A stretch of 57,610 bases of DNA, from NCBI GenBank assembly GCA_032718475.1, contig JAUCBJ010004502.1, positions 1-57,610 on the forward strand, read 5' to 3'. Within the stretch, counting starts at the first letter, position 1. The number at the start of each line of letters is the position of its first letter. Below are positions 1 through 14,018 of the stretch, piece after piece. Made by a program: the position numbers and the translations under genes. The notes below the pieces were generated by a model, which was not told the origin of the DNA, ran no database searches, and saw only the letters and a program-made list of their open reading frames with translations. Source of the DNA: Nemertoderma westbladi (taxonomy: Eukaryota; Animalia; Xenacoelomorpha).

Positions 1-1260
1 GTATTGCACCCTTCACCCAGGAGTTATAGCCCTCCTAGTAAAGTGGCTCGCCCCAAAGAGAAAAAGACTCTTGCTAGCTTTAAAAAACTGCGTAAATGCC
101 GTCCACGCAAGAAAGACTAACTGTTTAGAGTGTTTTCGTATTTTAGAAACTGTGATTTTGTATATTTTATAGACTTGAATCCCATTTTCTGGGAGCGGTG
201 TAAAAGCTTTTGCGGATATAATCAGTCCTTTTGCCCGCAAAGTACCGTGTAGGTGTTTTAGCGGACATAAAAAGCCGTTTTTGGCTGTATGTGTACTTTA
301 GCGGACATAAAAAGCTGTTTTTTCTGTATGTGTACTTTGGCGGACATAACAAGCCACTTATGCCGCAATGCGCCAAAATCCTCTTAGCACAGTATAGTCC
401 CGATGACTCAGATGACGACATCTACCAGCTGGTTTGCTGACATGGAAACGGCCGTTGGCCCTATGGGTTCTTTGTTCGGCTCAGCAACCAATCAGGGCGA
501 TTTTCATTTTATGTGGAAGGTAACTCCAAAAATCTTGCTGGGCGAGTTCAGTGTTGGTTTTTTCCATCTTCCTGAGCCTAGAACATCGGCTTTGGAATTC
601 TTGTGAGTTTCAGACTTTTAGCCAGCATTAGACTGCTTGATTATAGGATTGTATAACTGTTACCACGACACTCAACAGTACATACTTAGCATATCACTGC
701 TCACATACTCTTATCAAACTTATCATACTGCATTATTTTACTGTCGGTTATTAATTGTCATATATGTTGATGGATATATTGTTATATTTGGAGAACACAG
801 ATAAAGAATCATAATAACCCAAATTTCCTTGATTACTGAAGGTTAGAGGACAGGTTATCTGTAGCAATTGCGACTTACATTATAGTGGTTTTGTGTGAAT
901 TAAATGCTATTTCATAGCCACTACATGTTTCAGTTGCTATTCTCCGTATATATGATCAAATTAAGTGACGGTCGGCAGATTAGTGTGCAGTGGTGTGTGG
1001 TATTGTGCAGGAGTGTGACTGATAGCAAAGCATATCCTAAAGAATGCGCCTTATACAAAAATCATTAGCCATCTCGTTGTGTTTAGTGTAAGTCATAACT
1101 CTGTTTATATACTTATATCGCCACGTCCTAAAGGAACTGTTAATATTTTCCGAAAGTGGATAATATTTGTCAGAGATATTATAGTAACTCGTAATCGAAT
1201 AATACCATAGGTCTACACCGCAATAAAAATCAAAGCATCCGAATCCAGTCTCCCTTAACA
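1..1260 (+). mobile_element. 3' end of LTR retrotransposon family F, copy 1 (internal tail plus 3' LTR)
   Basis: 1-235 aligns by eye to 24090-24320. A purine-rich GGGAGCGG precedes TGTAAAAGC at 199. The terminus GAATCCAGTCTCCCTTAACA (1260) matches GAATCCAGTCTCCCATTCA (24851). Confidence 0.65.
199..1260 (+). repeat. putative 3' LTR (TG...CA)
   Basis: TG start after a PPT-like tract, AATAAA at 1222, CA end shared with the second copy, internal ~39-bp tandem duplication at ~257-350. Confidence 0.6.
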
Positions 1261-3364
1261 GTGGGTGAATGGTCGCGCATAGATTGGTTTCGGCTAATGT
1301 TACTTTATGTGTACTAAGTAGTTTTGTAGGCTAAAGTCCATTCGTAAATTAAAAGACACCTAAAATTGGCAGGTTAAACTGCTAAGAGTCTAAAAGCACG
1401 AACACCAATCGTAAAAAAGAAGCCACACAATTACATCGGTCAATTAGGCATCTAATACCACTAGAAATTCCTAACCCAGATCTTGACCAATCGGCATTTA
1501 ATAAGGTCCAATCTCAAGCAAGTGAAAAAGTGAAGGATAATTATTCAAATCCTAACAGCAAAATTAGTCGATTCCCACGATCTACAAAAACAAATTTGCA
1601 TGATGAGTTTTATAAAATCTAAGACAAAATTGTATTATTACATACATAAATATGTATTCACTGCACGCACACACCGCACATGCACAGCACGCACTACCTA
1701 CGTTTGCATGTCACATAACCAAATATAATAGTAGAGTAGTCCGTAAAGTGTGTATTGCAGCATTTTGTTGGAGGTTATTATTATTAATGTACGAAATGTG
1801 TTTATAGTAATTTGTATTTGTAGTAATATTAGAGATACCTTGTAAAAGAACGGTAATCTGTAATGTTGCTAAATTATTATTAATATATCATTTGTGCTTT
1901 TACGTTGTTTTTAGGAATGTATACAGTTGTCTATCGTTTCATTTAACAATAGAGAAGAGGGCAGTGTAGCAAATTCTGTATAATACAACATTAACTATCT
2001 TAATTAGTAATTTATTCCAATTAGCCCTTTGACAATATCACACCATAACTTTAGAAAAACTGATATTCTAGAATATAATAAGTTTTTTAAGATAAATTGC
2101 TCAATCATAAGAAAACAAATAACGATCAATGATTTATATGAATTCGATAAGTGAAAAATAGACTTTACTTTTAATGCTAATATTGGATTGAGACAAATAC
2201 AAACAATAAAAAAAAAAAAACACAAAACAAACAATGGCTGTAATACCCACCACTAGGAAACAATCATACTTTAAAAATATCTTTTAGGTAGGAGTGGGAA
2301 AAGTCCAACAATATATTATTTACAGGTTTATTTACATTGCCAATGTTGGGAGACTGGCCCCGTCCTCAAATCCCAGACCGCTACGCCACCTCGTGCGAGA
2401 TCCGCGCAGGCAGTGGGAGTCACACCATAACTCATTGTATACAGTCCTATTCCTACAGTAGAATGTCCATTGTTTGTACTGTAGTTAGTAATACGTTCAG
2501 CTGTTGTAAGTGAATGTAGTAAATTGGTTAAATATTGGACTTGAATCAAGAATTGTTTGCGTTACTCATTTATTCATTATATTAGTATTGTATTGAAAAG
2601 ACGCCCCATTTTTTGTTTATTTGAAACTTCCTATCTTTATGACAAACTCATTTGACTTTGGTCAAACCAATTTACGCATTACATTGTCTGCTTAACTTGT
2701 TTTACCATCATATACAATCGACACCGATCCCTTCATACATTGTCTGTTAAACCATATACATTGGGGCGAACACATATACATTGGGGCGTTACATTTGCGG
2801 GCAGGTTGATTAATTCCAACTCTGATCCTATACCACTGCGCTGTTTACAGTCTAATTTCTCCCATTGATTGTTTCCACGATTGTTGATTGTTCAATCTTA
2901 CAGTTTATAGACTGTATTCACCAATGCATTGCTTTATTGCCCATTCATTTTGTAATCATTAATGTACTGCCTAACTACTGACCTTACTGCCAATTGTCTG
3001 ATTCGTAACCATATACAATCCCATACCAGAAAATATTCAACGTCTGTTACAATCATAAACTCATGCTTGCCATTCAGAACCATCTTAATGCCCATTGCTC
3101 ATCATTTGACATGTTCATTGCACTGGCTCATATACTGTAGTTTCAGTTAAACATTCCATTCACGGACTATTTATTATTTAATCATCTAGTAATCTTAAAT
3201 TTATATATTTATTTTCTCTCAACACAGCTTTTAGTTATATACTGTAGTACATTTGTAGTAATGAATTTTTTTTTTACATATAACCACTTACTCTCCAGTA
3301 CTATCCCCCTAGACTCTCTCCATTGCCAGTCCTAATCACCTCAGTAGAGTGATAATCCCACAGC

Positions 3365-4672
3365 ATGTCCCAGGATACACAGCGATGCTGCAACGGCAAA
3401 TCAGGCCATTGTTTGAGATGCGCCTGTGCCAAGCCTGGGCAATTGTGCCATAACTGTGCCCCTTCAAAATACGGGTTCTGCGCTAATGGGGGAATGATAC
3501 AAGGTTCCAACCGAATCCAACCCAGCAGCTACTCACAACCTTCACCAGTCCGAGATACCAGGGATACCTCAATGACTGGCTCTTCCTCACAACCACCCAA
3601 ATCCAGCGATATATTGACAGACAAAGATACCCTTGTAGATGCAGACGAGACCCTGCATGATAGTCTCACAGAAACCAGACCCACAGGTGGCCCAATGCCC
3701 AGATGCTCACTCTTGTAGGACCAGCCAATGGGGCTTCTTTGCCAGCGGATTGGGCTGTCGCAAGTTCTGACAAGCACGCAATTGCGTCAGCCTGTCCCGG
3801 ACAATTAGCAGCACCTCAAGGGGCAATAACGTCTATCCCCGATGAGGTAACACTTGATTTACGTAATCCAGCAAGCCAGAATGACTGCTTAACCGACCTG
3901 GCTGACCCAACTGTCGATTGGCCCATTCTTGCTAGCCCAGCCTTTGGCATACCACCCCAGGCGGGTTCAGAGATCATGTACAACGACCCAGCGTGTTCAG
4001 CAACCAGAGTGAATGTTCCTGCCTGTTCCAGTTCCTTTGCCAACCAGACACTCCCAGTACTCAGTCTGTCCACCCCTGCCGATCAACCAAGCTCAGCAGA
4101 TGATCTTTCAAGGCATTCCAAGCAACATCTTAAAAAACCAGGTGAGAGTCTAATTATGTCACAGTGATCCATGCAACCACATATATTCTGCAGGTGTGAC
4201 GCAAGAGGATGTAGCCCCACCAGCAGATGCAGCTGAAGATGAAGTCGAAGTCGGGCTGCAAAGACTGTATGCCCTAGGTAATGGGACTGTGTAGGAACCC
4301 AATAAGGAGCACCTCTCCAGCCATCTCTAAATCACACAAAATAGATGCCCAACCATCTCCCGTACTTAGCAATGAAGACATCTTCACTGATGCCAGGGAC
4401 TTTTCTCCGTTTGCGTGCCCAAACACATGTTCCAGGGCGAAACCCAGTGACAGTGATCAGCCCCCATCAGGAATACAGAATATCAATATGTATGGTACAA
4501 AGCAGAATCCCTCAACCACCGAATCCTTAGAATCTGCATTCAAGGAGGAGTGGATTAATGCACCCGGAACTTCAAAGGATCCCGACTGAGAGAGCCGACA
4601 TGCCCGCCTCGTTAAGCTACCAGGTTGCAGTTATCTCGTTCCAGGAGGCAATGTAGGCAGAAAAGCTACCGA
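3365..4672 (+). pseudogene. N-terminal fragment of a CRE-like non-LTR retrotransposon ORF
   Basis: Cys-rich CCNGKSGHCLRCACAKPGQLCHNCAP start, a long S/P/D-rich linker, then FKEEW and YLVPGGNVGRK resembling the pre-RT motifs I recall from CRE-clade elements. Frameshifted and truncated before RT. Confidence 0.45.
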
Positions 4673-4689
4673 GCTACCGCCCTGCTATG

Positions 4690-6279
4690 CTATCCCCATG
4701 TGCTTTCTTGCCCCTCATTGGCCTAACTATCAATTCTCGCCTTTGGCACTTTCCCTGAATGTTATCCCTCTCCGCTAGCCTTGACCAGCCCTCACTCCTC
4801 ACTCATTTCCACTAATTTTCTCACAGAACTTACTGTCCCTTTCTCTCCCCCCAGTCCCCTTTGGACTCATCCTTATTCACTGCTCGCTCCACACACTTGA
4901 ATTGCACTCTTCTACTTTTCTCTCATTCTGACCCCTCCTCTTCATACTCCTCTCAAACTCAATCAGCTTTCATTGTCACTCTCTACACCCCTGTCGGATT
5001 CCAATATTCCATTAGTACGGCCACACTAAAGAAATGGGATCCGTTCAATGTCCCGTCCTCCTGTCCTAGTCAATTAATCCCCAGTCCCAGTAGCTAATTG
5101 GAAAAGGTTATATATATGACTATAGTATTTACATTGGTTATATTCGATTATACTGGCTAATTAATAATCTACATACGTACATACTTTATCAATTTGCACT
5201 TGGGAGTTAGTATCTACCCTACTGTGGTGCCTTCCAGGCACACCCACGTCTCAGTCCCCGAGTTCTAGTTTGTCCCTCCCGTCTTCGGGAACCATCTAAG
5301 TTCTCTACCCCTGTCATCATCTTGCTTGGATCGCTTCTTTCCCTCCAGTTTCTCCTCCCTGAGACCTCTCATTCTTGCTGTCACCGACCTGCTGATCCCC
5401 GTCGTCGGTTCTTTAGGTGCCGGCGTTATCAGATCTCAATATCGCTTGGTCAGTGGTCCCTCCGAATGCCCTTCCTGTTTCCCCTTGGTAGCATCCCACA
5501 AGATCATTTTCATCTCCCGCGGCACATGTTCTGCCAGGAAGTCCCGGAACTCGACTCTGTTTTCCGGCGACCACCTATCTAAGTACCTCTGAGCAGTAAT
5601 AACTCCTCCGTATGACGCCACTGTCGCCACCTCCTGGTATGTGAATGGCAGTCTCCTCCTAATAATCTAATGGTGGGCCTTCACGTTAATGTTAAAGAAA
5701 CCCCACCTTAATCGTTGTCTTCTCTCTTACTAGTTCCTGTACCGCCTTTGGCAACCGGTTCAATTTCGGGCCGCTCTTATTCCCGTAGGTTCCCAGGTTG
5801 AATAGAAAGATATCTCCATTTGGCACCACCAAGTGTAGTAGTATAGTTCTAGCCGATCCTGCCAACTCTTTTCTTGAAACCTCGTCATCCTCCACAGTCC
5901 CTTCATCATCTAGGACTATGTATCCGCCCCTGCACACAGAGTCTACAAACCTCCTCCCCTCCTTCTTCAGTGGTTCCCTCGGATGGATCGGTATCCCGAA
6001 CTTCGCCTCATCTCATTTCACTACGTAGCAAAAATGTTGGAGGATCCCGTTGTCTAATGACAGTGTCCCGTAGGTCCAGACCAGTCGTTCCTCATGCATC
6101 TCCTTAAACTGGTCCTGCAGCGCATGCGCTCTGTGGCCCTTCGGCAGCAGTTTGTAGTACCCTCTCGTCTTCTCCTCCGGATACCTCTGCGTGTAGTCCA
6201 CTAGTATTTCTTTTCCAGTCTCCTCCGCCTTTCTCCTCTTTACTCGCCTCTCCGCCATCACGAACTTTCCTGCGCTCAC
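4690..6279 (-). pseudogene. ORF3 of element A: DEDD 3'-5' exonuclease-like (WRN/RNase D/EXD family), disrupted
   Basis: ORFs 6013-6279 and 5692-5937 share a frame split by one TGA. Motifs FVDSVCRGGYIVLDDEG (ExoI DxE), ILLHLVVPNGDIFLFNL and RLPKAVQELVREKTTIKVGF. Decayed coding-like sequence continues to about 4690. Confidence 0.7.
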
Positions 6280-6805
6280 CTAATTGGTGGTGCCTTACCA
6301 AGGCTCAATAGAGTGATGGCTGTTAGATTAAACAAGATGCTAGCTGTTTAGTCATTCAGTGATAGCCTACGCCCTATCGTTGTACTCTCTTGGTCACACT
6401 GTTACACTTTCTTTCCCAAAGGGTGCCCATTTTCCTTAAATTGTAAATTTTGTCCATTACTTTAATTATGGTTCTAGAATCCTTGCTCCCTTGTTGCTAT
6501 AATTTACCAATTTTTAATTTCTAATATTATTTATGTTCCCTTTCCCTGTGCTATTACAATTACCTGCGGATTACTAACCCTAAGTAATCCTTCCTTCCTA
6601 TTGTGTACAGAGCAGACTAGCTATACTTTTATTGCTGTGCTAGCTTTCTACTAGACAGTTTTCTAACTCTGTAACAATACTTTATATTTACACTGCAGCC
6701 TGTGTGGTACAGTAGTCTATTTTGTGTGGCCTACACGGTCCATCCTGCTGAACCCACGTGCCCCCATTTCTTTCCTTATTCCAACATGGCACTCTTAGTG
6801 CCCAA

Positions 6806-7200
6806 CTCTAGTACGGCGTGCGTACATACTATTTCTATACTGGTACGGTGTGTGTACATACTATTTCTATTCTGGTACTGCGTGAGTACATACTATTTCT
6901 GTTCTGGTATGGCGTGCGTACATACTACTAAATTCTGGTACGGCGTGCATACATACTACTAAATTCTGGATGGGCGTGCTTCTAAATTCTGGTGCGGCGT
7001 GCATACATACTTACTAAATCCTCGTACGGTGTGCGTACATACTATTAAATTCTGGTACGGCGTGTGTAAATACTACTAAATTCTGGTACGGTGTGCGTAC
7101 ATACTTACTAAATTCTGGTACAGCGTGCGTACATACTATTAAATTCTGGTACGGCATGCGTACATACTATTTTATTCTGGTACGGCGTGCGTACATACTA
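6806..7200. repeat. ~31-bp tandem repeat, about 12 copies (TCTGGTACGGCGTGCGTACATACTACTAAAT)
   Basis: Directly visible degenerate array between pol and ORF3 of element A. Confidence 0.9.
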
Positions 7201-7329
7201 CATACTATGCAATTTTTTTTTTATTAAAATATATATAAAATGCAGATGAGAAGGGCGTATCGCCCTCATTCCCACCCCCCTCAGTCCAATATATTGGACG
7301 ACTTAACATTAGGGTGATGCTTCCAATAG

Positions 7330-9723
7330 ACAACACTTTCCTACCGCCCTCCTATAGGTTTTCCTATCCTTTTCACCTATTTTTCCTCCGATTCTTTATT
7401 CCACGGTTCTAGTTCTACCGTCTTCCCCTGGGTATGTTTCTACCACTCTAGCCAGTCCCCATTGGTTGTTGATAATGGTGTCGTCTGTGACGATTACTAA
7501 GTCACCTTCTTAAGTTCTCTATTCGATCTCCTCCACTTGCTCCCCCTGTGTAGTGTTGGGAGGTACTCTTCTATCATCTCCTCCAATACTCCGCGCTTAT
7601 TGCTGTGGCGACTTTCCAACTTTGACGTGAATGTATATCATCTGGATCTATATTCCTCATGTCAATCGTCATCGGTCTCTCCATGAGTAAATGGGACGGT
7701 GTTAGGACGTCTAGCGATTCCGGATCATCATTTTCGGGATATAGTGGCCTGCTATTAATAATCCCTTCGCATTTGGCTAACACCGAACTCAGTACGTCTT
7801 CGGTGACTATGTGATTACTCATTAATTTGGTCATGAGCTGTTTGGAGCTTCCTACAAGCCTCTCCACACATCCTTGGGTATGTGGGGCATATGGCGTTCT
7901 CCGCTCCCACTTTATGAGATGTTTTCTCATAGCCGCCCTGACATCTTCTCCTTCCAATATGTATATGGCCTCAGCTAACTCGTTCTCCGCGCTCATGAAG
8001 TTGGTCCCATTATCCGAGTATAATATCTTGACTGACCCAACTCTGCAGGCTACGAACCTTTCTAGGGCATTAATACATGCCGACGCCATGGTGTCCTGTG
8101 CTCGTTCTATCACCTTCTGCTGCGACTCTACCCGCTTATCTGCCATAATCTGTCCTTTTGACATTGTGGGGTTGTCCATCGTTGTCTCCGGTGGTCTATC
8201 CTCTATGGCTTCCATAAACTCCCTGGAGTTGGACTGGAAATTGGTGAGGTTGAAGCCGGATCCTTTTAGGATGTTGCAAACTTTGCGTCCTATCTCCAGT
8301 ATTTCTTCAACCATGTTTCCAGACCCCATTCCATAGTCCACATAGAATCCGCGTCGAATCATGTCGATCGCTTCCCACTGTATTTCCCTTCTTTACCTTC
8401 CACTGTATCTCTTACAGCCATAGTCGTTGTAAATGAGGACGTTTTGGCCCCCATGTTCTGTACAACCATCTTGTACATCGGTATCTCTGAGGGTTCTTCG
8501 TCGCCATTGTACCATAGGAAGCGCTGACTGTTGCTGTCTTCCTCCATCACCTGGACTTGGTTAAACATGCCTTCAATGTTGCACATAAAGGTGTGCTTTC
8601 CGTTCCTGAACCTCAACAGCATCTCTATGCCTGAGTTGTAGATGTTGGGGCCCTCCAGCAGATACTTGTTCAAGCTCTTACCATTCATCTTGGCTGAGGC
8701 ATCAACCACCATCCGTAGTTTGCCCTTCTTAGGGTCCAAAGCCACGTGCAGTGGCAGGTAGTAAGTCCTGTCCATGGTCGGTTCGTTAACTGGTAGTTCC
8801 TTGGCCCACCCTTTATCCACGTATTTCTTAATCGTTTTGTGGATATTTTCATCCTTCTTGTGGCTCCGCCTGAGCATTTGTTTCAGCTTCCAAACCCTTG
8901 TCAGGACCACCCTTTTGTTATCTGGCAGCAGTAACTTTGGTTGTTTCCATACCATTTCCATACTATACCGCCCCCCTTTGCACTTGATCGAGTTTTCCAC
9001 ACTCTCCAGTGCTTGCTTGTCCTCCACTGAGGTCCCGACCCTGGTCTCCTTCAACCCCTCGAAGTCCTGCCGCAGCAGCCTCTTGAGTTGCTCTTCTGCT
9101 CCTTTGTCCTCCATTTCCCTCATCGTGCCCGCAAACATGCACCCTGAGGATTCCGTCACGCTGAATTGGATCTTGGTCTTGATTGGGCTGCTTAGTTTCC
9201 ACCCGAATGTTGTAAGAACTGCCATTGGGTCTCGTTGTCTATCCCCTCCACATATAGTTTGCAGTCTCTCGTGGGCTGTCGGACAGTCCATCCCGACTAT
9301 GAGAGATAACTTCGAGACATCCAATTGTGGTATGGAAAAATCGATTCCGTCCAGGAACTGATATTGTTTGACCTCGATGCCTATGGGTAGCCTGGCGTTG
9401 ATGTTGATCGATTCTATGATCTGGATGGGGTCGATCGCCGCCCCATAATCGCAACCTGGTGCTATTGCCGATATTTCACAATGTCCCGTTTTCATCTTTA
9501 ATACCTCATCCTTACTCGAGATGGTAGTCACCGCCATTTTGCTCGGTCTTGTTTGCATCCCTATCTCTTTGGCCACCCAATTCTCCACCAGCGTGAATGC
9601 CGCTCCACTGTCGATCAACATTAACGTTGTGACCGACCTCCCGCTCTCTCCTATTATCCTCACCGGTACCACCCCGACTAGTACCATTCCCCTTCTCTTC
9701 CCTCCCATGGTGCTCGTTGCCAT
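7330..9723 (-). pseudogene. pol of element A (protease, RT, integrase core; internal deletions)
   Basis: LIDSGA protease; YYLPLH, KLRMVVDAS and YVDY (mutated YVDD) RT; YSDNGTNF, GCVERL and LTPSHLL integrase. RNaseH and the integrase N-terminus are missing. Confidence 0.9.
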
Positions 9724-9780
9724 TGTCTGGCCTCTGTACCCATTACCTTGGTCGTGTTTTATTGGTCACTCTGGACATTG

Positions 9781-12700
9781 CTACGCGATGTGCCCTTGTG
9801 TTCTGCATCGGAAACATAATCCATTCTTCCCCATGTAGGCTATTTGATCTTGTCTAAACAATGTTTCCCAGTTTTTACAATCGCCCATCTTATTTGATGC
9901 GAATATGTGAATCTGACACCTGTGTTTGGGGTCATAGCCTTCCTTAAGGATAGTTTCTAGTGTTGCGTCCAGACCTCTGTCTATCAGTTTAGCGTTTTGG
10001 TTGTTTGGACTCGGCCTATTGGGGGTATTGGGTCTATATTGGCTCGTGTTGTTATTTTGTCTTTGTCCCTGCCATGGTGTGGTTCTACTCCCAGCTGTCT
10101 GTGGACTAGAAGTCCCCTGCCACGGTGTGGCTCTACTTTCAGCCCCCTGTGGACTAGAAGTCCCCTGCATGGTCGCATACGGTAATGATTGTCTTAGTCT
10201 GTGTAGTGCGTTAGTCGCACTATGTTTGGTTTTGGTCGACTTTATTCGCTTCTCGACGCCTTCCCTAGGCTGTCCTCACTATAGACTGGATCTTTTATTA
10301 ACTCCGCCTCATAATTAAGGAAGTTTGACATTTCCTCTAACCCAGGCTCTGCAACTTTCTTCTCTCTGGTGGAGAAGGTGATCTTTCTCCACTTGTTTCT
10401 TAACCAGATCAGTAGTGCCTGCGCTATTGTAGTGATGTTGTTTGATGCATTTAGCTCGTATGGTGCTTCTAGGGTGTTTAATACTATCAGCGCCTTTTCG
10501 ACCTTGTTTGCGAAGGTTTTAATGCTCATGGGGTTATCCTGTAGTCCTCCTGATGTTATTCCCCTTAAGGTTTGTAGTATTATCTTTGCAGGATGTCCAA
10601 ATTCCCTGTCCAGGGCTCGCCTTGCAGTCGTGAATCTTCCCTCAATACCTTGGTACTGTCTCACGATGTCATAAGCTGCCCCCCCTGTATAGACTTGCAG
10701 ATACTTAAGGCACTCAGCCTGTGTGAGATTTTTCGTCAAAATCTCATTGCTGTACATCCACCGGAATTGTAGATATTCTTCCGGGTTACTGCCATCAAAC
10801 TTAAAAGGCTCCACTGGTGGTAGCTCAATTCTGGTCTTTAATGCGTTGATGAGTGTTGCCATTCCCATCGCTTGGACTTCCAGCACGTTTGACGTGAGGA
10901 TGTAGTTTCCTTATGTGTTGCCTGTGCTTCACCTTTTGGGTTTGACAACTTTCCTTGGACGGGGTATTTCATCAGGGGTAATGGCCCCCTCCATATCTCT
11001 TTATCACACGCTTGGTTTGGATCCGAGGGGTTTGGGGTTCTTGTTTTTGGTTGTGTGTATTGCAGATACTGTAACAGATGATTGTTACCCTGCCCCCCCC
11101 CCCCCCCCCCCCCCCCACCGATGTTATATTTGGCATTGGGGTTGATGTTGATATATTGGGGCCCATACACCTATCTGCAATACCCCACCTTTCCCCTGGA
11201 TATATATTGTATCCCTGCATTTTATAGTCATACTGGTGCGCAGGTACCGGTATAGGCCTACCAGGTTCTTGCCTACTAGCCGGTATGTATGCTGCGACCT
11301 CTGGGTCCAATCCCGTCTTTCGCGTTACCCTATCCCCTACACTATCTCTCCCAGCATGGCCTATAGTATGTGCAGTGAGGCCTACAGTATGTCCTGCAGT
11401 CTGCCTGTGTGTTTCTGGATCAAAGTTTAATTTTCTCGAATATTCTGAGAACGCCTCACCGCGACCACAATATCCTTGGTCGGCAGCCATGCTTGAACGA
11501 AAAGTTTCTCTCCGATCCCTACTCTTATATTCCTCCTTGTCACAGTACACTTTGTACCCCTTGCTCGGTGTCTAATACACACGAAGTACGACCCCACTGG
11601 CTTTCTCTCTCTATTCCGACTATCGACGGTTCACTGTCCATCCTCTCTCTCTGGTTGCCGGTAGCAACACTTCTTCTTCCTTCTCCAGTGTAATGCCCTT
11701 TCTCTTGAGGTCCTCTATCAACCTCTCGTAAAAACTCCACTGTTTTTCTTCCGTCTTCCGAGTGGGCTCGATGTTCCCTCTCTTGGCCGCTTACGGCTCT
11801 AACGCCCCTCCCTTTGCCCGGTTGGATGGTCTCTCGCGTATTCGCAATCATCTTACTATCCTCTACAGCCTGCTGCCATGGTTCCCTTATCTCCCTGAGC
11901 ACATTACCTGCCTGATGCCCATGGGGCATTCTCCGCCCCCCCCCCCCTTCTCGTTCTCCGTCGGATGCCAAGGTTCGCTTATCTCCCTGTGCGCATTATC
12001 TGCCGACGCCGGTGGGGCATTCCCCCCCCCCCCCCCCCCCCCCTCTCGCTCTCCATAGGATGCCATGGTGTCCTTATCTCCCTGTGTGCATTATCTGCTG
12101 ACACCCATGGGGCATTCTCCGCCCCCCCTCTCTCGCTATTAATTAGTCCTGGTGGGGCGCCTGTAGCCCCCCCCCCCCCTCCCCCCCACTCATCACCTCT
12201 CGTTTCACCCCTAGTCAACGCATTAGTTCTACTTTTCGTGGGTTCATTTACCCTTGCTCCTCCCTGCGCGACTGTGTGACCAATATTTAAATTATTTTGA
12301 TCAATACCACCAGAAGTACTTATTATATTGTTGTTACCCAAATTATCGTCCAAATTATTTAAATTATTCTGTTGACTGACAGTATTTGTGTTACTATTTG
12401 GATTATTTTGCACATTTAAATCGGAATTATTATTTAAAATACTTTGTTGACCGACATTAGGATTACTATCTAAGTTATCTTGCGCACCAATATTAGAATT
12501 ATTATTATTAACAGATAAAATATTATTCCCTGCAAGAAAGGTTTGATTAGGATTATCTATTACGGTACTATCAATATTAACGCCCTCTATAGTATTATTA
12601 TTATTACCCCCCCCCCCCCCCCTCCCCTCCCCCCCTCCCGTACAGTTACACCAGTCCTGGGACTGTCGTCCGGTACCTGTAAGTGGGGTATTAACAAAGG

Positions 12701-13951
12701 TTTCCATCACCTCTGGTTCCTCATAAATACTACCCGAACCAGCCTCACTCTCCGATAAACCTAGTTTCGCCAGTTCTAGCCGGCGTTTCTGCTTTGCTTG
12801 ATATTGCATCAAGCCTCCCAGCTGGGTATGCATATAATCCCACATACGTTTACCCATCCGCTCTCTTTCTCTATCCTCCCTAATACTCTGGTTTGCTAAT
12901 TCCACCTCCCTTGCCTCCCGTTCTATTTTCCTCGCCTCTCGCTCTTAACATTCGTTATCTACTCTTGCCTCCCGCTCCTCACTCTCTCTCGTTTCTCTCT
13001 CTTCTTGCTCTCTATAGTTTCTCGCCACCTTCTCAGCCCTCTCTTTATACTCTCTGGCTAGCTCTCTCTCTCTTTTTCCAGTAGCGTGGTTCACTCATCT
13101 AACTGCCTTTCTAGTTCTTTCTGGTCTAGCGTGACAATGTCAAGTTGACATGTCAGATATATTTTTAACACCCGTCTTGCTTTTGCAGAGGATGTAGCGG
13201 ACTTATCGGTCGCGACGGACTCCCGTCTCCTCTCTGTCCTACTAATTTTCCCCCGTTTACTGGGGTTCCTGCTAACCGACGACACTGAATGTTCAGGGTT
13301 AACCTCGGATTCGCCATTGTGCGGGTTCGACCATTCCACAAACTTAATTCCCCTGGCATCCACGAGGTAAGGCCCTATGTATACTGTCCTGGCCTCCACC
13401 ACCTTGGATCGCCACAATTCGAACAGTTCTTTGGCAACCCCCCTTGCCCTCTCGCTTGCTAGTTCTCCCTGTCCAAATCGGACTAGATAATAATAATGTT
13501 CGTTGGACTTACCTAGTCCCTTGTATAGTTTGGATTGGTCTACCTGTCCTTCCCGTTTGGCATCTACGAGCAACTTTCTTGAGGCGTTGTACGCCCATCG
13601 GAGGCGGTCGCTCGTCCCGACGTCCTCGTAGTCAACTCCTCCTTCCCTCTGTGTCCAGCGTCATACTGTCGGTCCCACCGTCGCCGTTCCGGTGGACCGC
13701 ACGCCGCCCTCTTCCTGTGGTTGGCTGGCAACTCCGGTACTTCGACAACCGTCGTCCTCTTGTGTCGACTTCTCCTCCTCTCCTCGTCCTCAGCCCTGTT
13801 CCTCCGCCACCGGTGCGTTGCTTGCCGACGAATCCGGCATGGCGGGCCGGTCTCGTCTCGTTGCAGCCTCGCGGATCGTTTCGTTAGTGTTGTCCGGGGT
13901 CTGCAGTGGTGTTCTTTCTCCCGACGAACTTTGGGGCGCTTGGTCGCTCAT
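9781..13951 (-). pseudogene. gag of element A, frameshifted
   Basis: BEL gag core PFKFDGSNPEEYLQF...LKYLQVYTGGAA (10242-10886), knuckle GLCFRCRTQGHIA, Asn/Gly-rich N-terminal half. Probable ATG at 13951 (MSDQAPQ). Confidence 0.8.
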
Positions 13952-14018
13952 TTTCTTTCGCCACTTTCATGGTCACGGTTAGTTCTAACTCGGTTGGCTA
14001 ACTCGGTTCAGTTTTAAC

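Noticed and set aside
2344-2425. HDV-like ribozyme in a GC-rich island (CGCCACCTCGTGCG) and an LTR-like end TGTTGGGAGACTGG
   Set aside because: I could not build the P1/P2 pairings, and no partner terminus was found.
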